23,219 nucleotides of DNA from Sulfolobus ellipsoid virus 1 and six more viruses of crenarchaea. The notes beneath the pieces were generated by a model. The model saw only the letters and a program-made list of their open reading frames with translations, was not told where the DNA came from and did no database searches. Positions within the stretch are counted from its first letter, which is position 1; every line of letters begins with the position of its first letter. Both the position numbers and the translations under genes were made by a program. Shown here one piece after another: positions 22,589 to 23,219 of this stretch. Location of the stretch: the IMG/VR virus record IMGVR_UViG_2974561068_000001, positions 1-23,219 of that record, one strand, 5' to 3'.

Positions 22589-22910
22589 ACTTAGCCTCTT
22601 CTGTAATTAACCTAACTTCTAGAACTCGCCTTTTCATCACGTATTCCAGTTCTAAATAAACGTTAATCATTAAAAAAGGGTTAAGCATAAAGAAACCTAT
22701 GTTTTTCCTTACCCCAAAACCCTTAGGTAAGTTTTCTCCCTTAAAGGTGTCCCTAAACCATTCCATTATCTCTAAAGCGTCTGAAAAGTCTATACCCCAT
22801 GATGTTAAATTAAAAAACTTAAAAAAGCAGGGTAACTTTTCTCCCCAATCCTGTAATATTGCGTTTAATATGTATTCCTTTATCTCACGTTCTAAATCTG
22901 GGTCTAACAT
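22581..22910 (-). CDS. Hypothetical protein, 109 aa (minus strand; the track label is wrong)
   Basis: CAT at 22908-22910 and TCA at 22581-22583; TATA at 22944-22951 and GGGGTTA leader; converges on pol with an 8-bp overlap. Confidence 0.85.
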   Translation of the reverse strand: MLDPDLEREIKEYILNAILQDWGEKLPCFFKFFNLTSWGIDFSDALEIMEWFRDTFKGENLPKGFGVRKNIGFFMLNPFLMINVYLELEYVMKRRVLEVRLITEEAKFK

Positions 22911-22951
22911 TTTGTAACCCCAAAAAATAATTATCCCTAAAAGATATAAAG
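22908..22951 (-). promoter_or_regulatory. TATA box plus leader TTTTTTGGGGTTACAAAATG for the first right-arm gene
   Basis: Minus-strand TTTATATC at 22951-22944; the leader matches 19568-19586 at 18 of 19 positions. Confidence 0.65.
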
Positions 22952-23046
22952 GTTACGCTATAGAAGTCTTAGTAGAAAAAATATGAAAAGTATTATCTAG
23001 ATAATCTTTAGAATTATTCCGAAATAGAAACAGCGTACCCGTCCTC

Positions 23047-23219
23047 GGGAGGTGGGAGAGGGGTGTAGGTTTGTTTGGCAGGTGAGAGAGAAATTCAGTT
23101 TTTTGGAGGTTCCTTATATAGGTAACGGTGGGAAATTGAATTTTGAAGTAGGGTATTACAGATTTTTACGAAAATTGCCCTAAAGACCTTGGGATAACGG
23201 GAGAAAGCAAATAGGCAGC
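23047..23219 (-). repeat. Right inverted terminal repeat (173 bp)
   Basis: Reverse complement of 1-173, ending ...GCAAATAGGCAGC. Confidence 0.97.

Larger units (their letters stand above)
1..23219. mobile_element. Complete linear dsDNA archaeal virus genome with protein-primed replication; probably Sulfolobus ellipsoid virus 1 (Ovaliviridae)
   Basis: Window begins and ends in perfect ITRs; encodes a pPolB; archaeal TATA/SD signals; no host housekeeping genes. Size and ITR length agree with my recollection of SEV1 (recall, not a search). Confidence 0.9.

Noticed and set aside
22699-22917. 72-aa plus-strand ORF
   Set aside because: Antisense shadow of the 109-aa minus-strand gene, which has a proper TATA box and leader.
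1-23219. Casposon, pipolin, Polinton or ampullavirus (ABV) interpretation
   Set aside because: No Cas1, integrase or target-site duplication; virion-type membrane genes are present; the ITR is much shorter than I recall for ABV.

Overview
This window is a complete linear dsDNA archaeal virus genome. It has perfect 173-bp inverted terminal repeats (1-173 / 23047-23219), a protein-primed family B DNA polymerase near the right end, and about 40 tightly packed genes with Sulfolobales-type TATA boxes, SD sites and leaderless starts. Length (23,219 bp), ITR size, the pPolB and gene layout match my recollection of Sulfolobus ellipsoid virus 1 (SEV1, Ovaliviridae). That identification is from memory, not a database search, so the virus as a whole is probably already described. 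Layout: (i) left arm of small genes, including a divergent paralog family, an FkbM-like methyltransferase, an HTH protein, a putative OB-fold SSB and a SWIM finger; (ii) a structural block with a basic helical nucleocapsid candidate, several small membrane proteins, a DUF2341-like protein, a Panacea/YwgA-like protein and two tail-anchored large proteins; (iii) a coupled operon of GT4 glycosyltransferase, Sm-like protein, membrane protein and probable pyramid egress protein; (iv) two paralogous large spike-like proteins, one with a fusion-peptide-like N-terminal hairpin; (v) two C2H2 zinc-finger genes and the replication module. Several real-looking micro-ORFs are missing from the supplied track, several track starts are actually SD sequences, and 22581..22910 is on the minus strand. 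No integrase, Cas1, packaging ATPase, tRNA or CRISPR array was seen.
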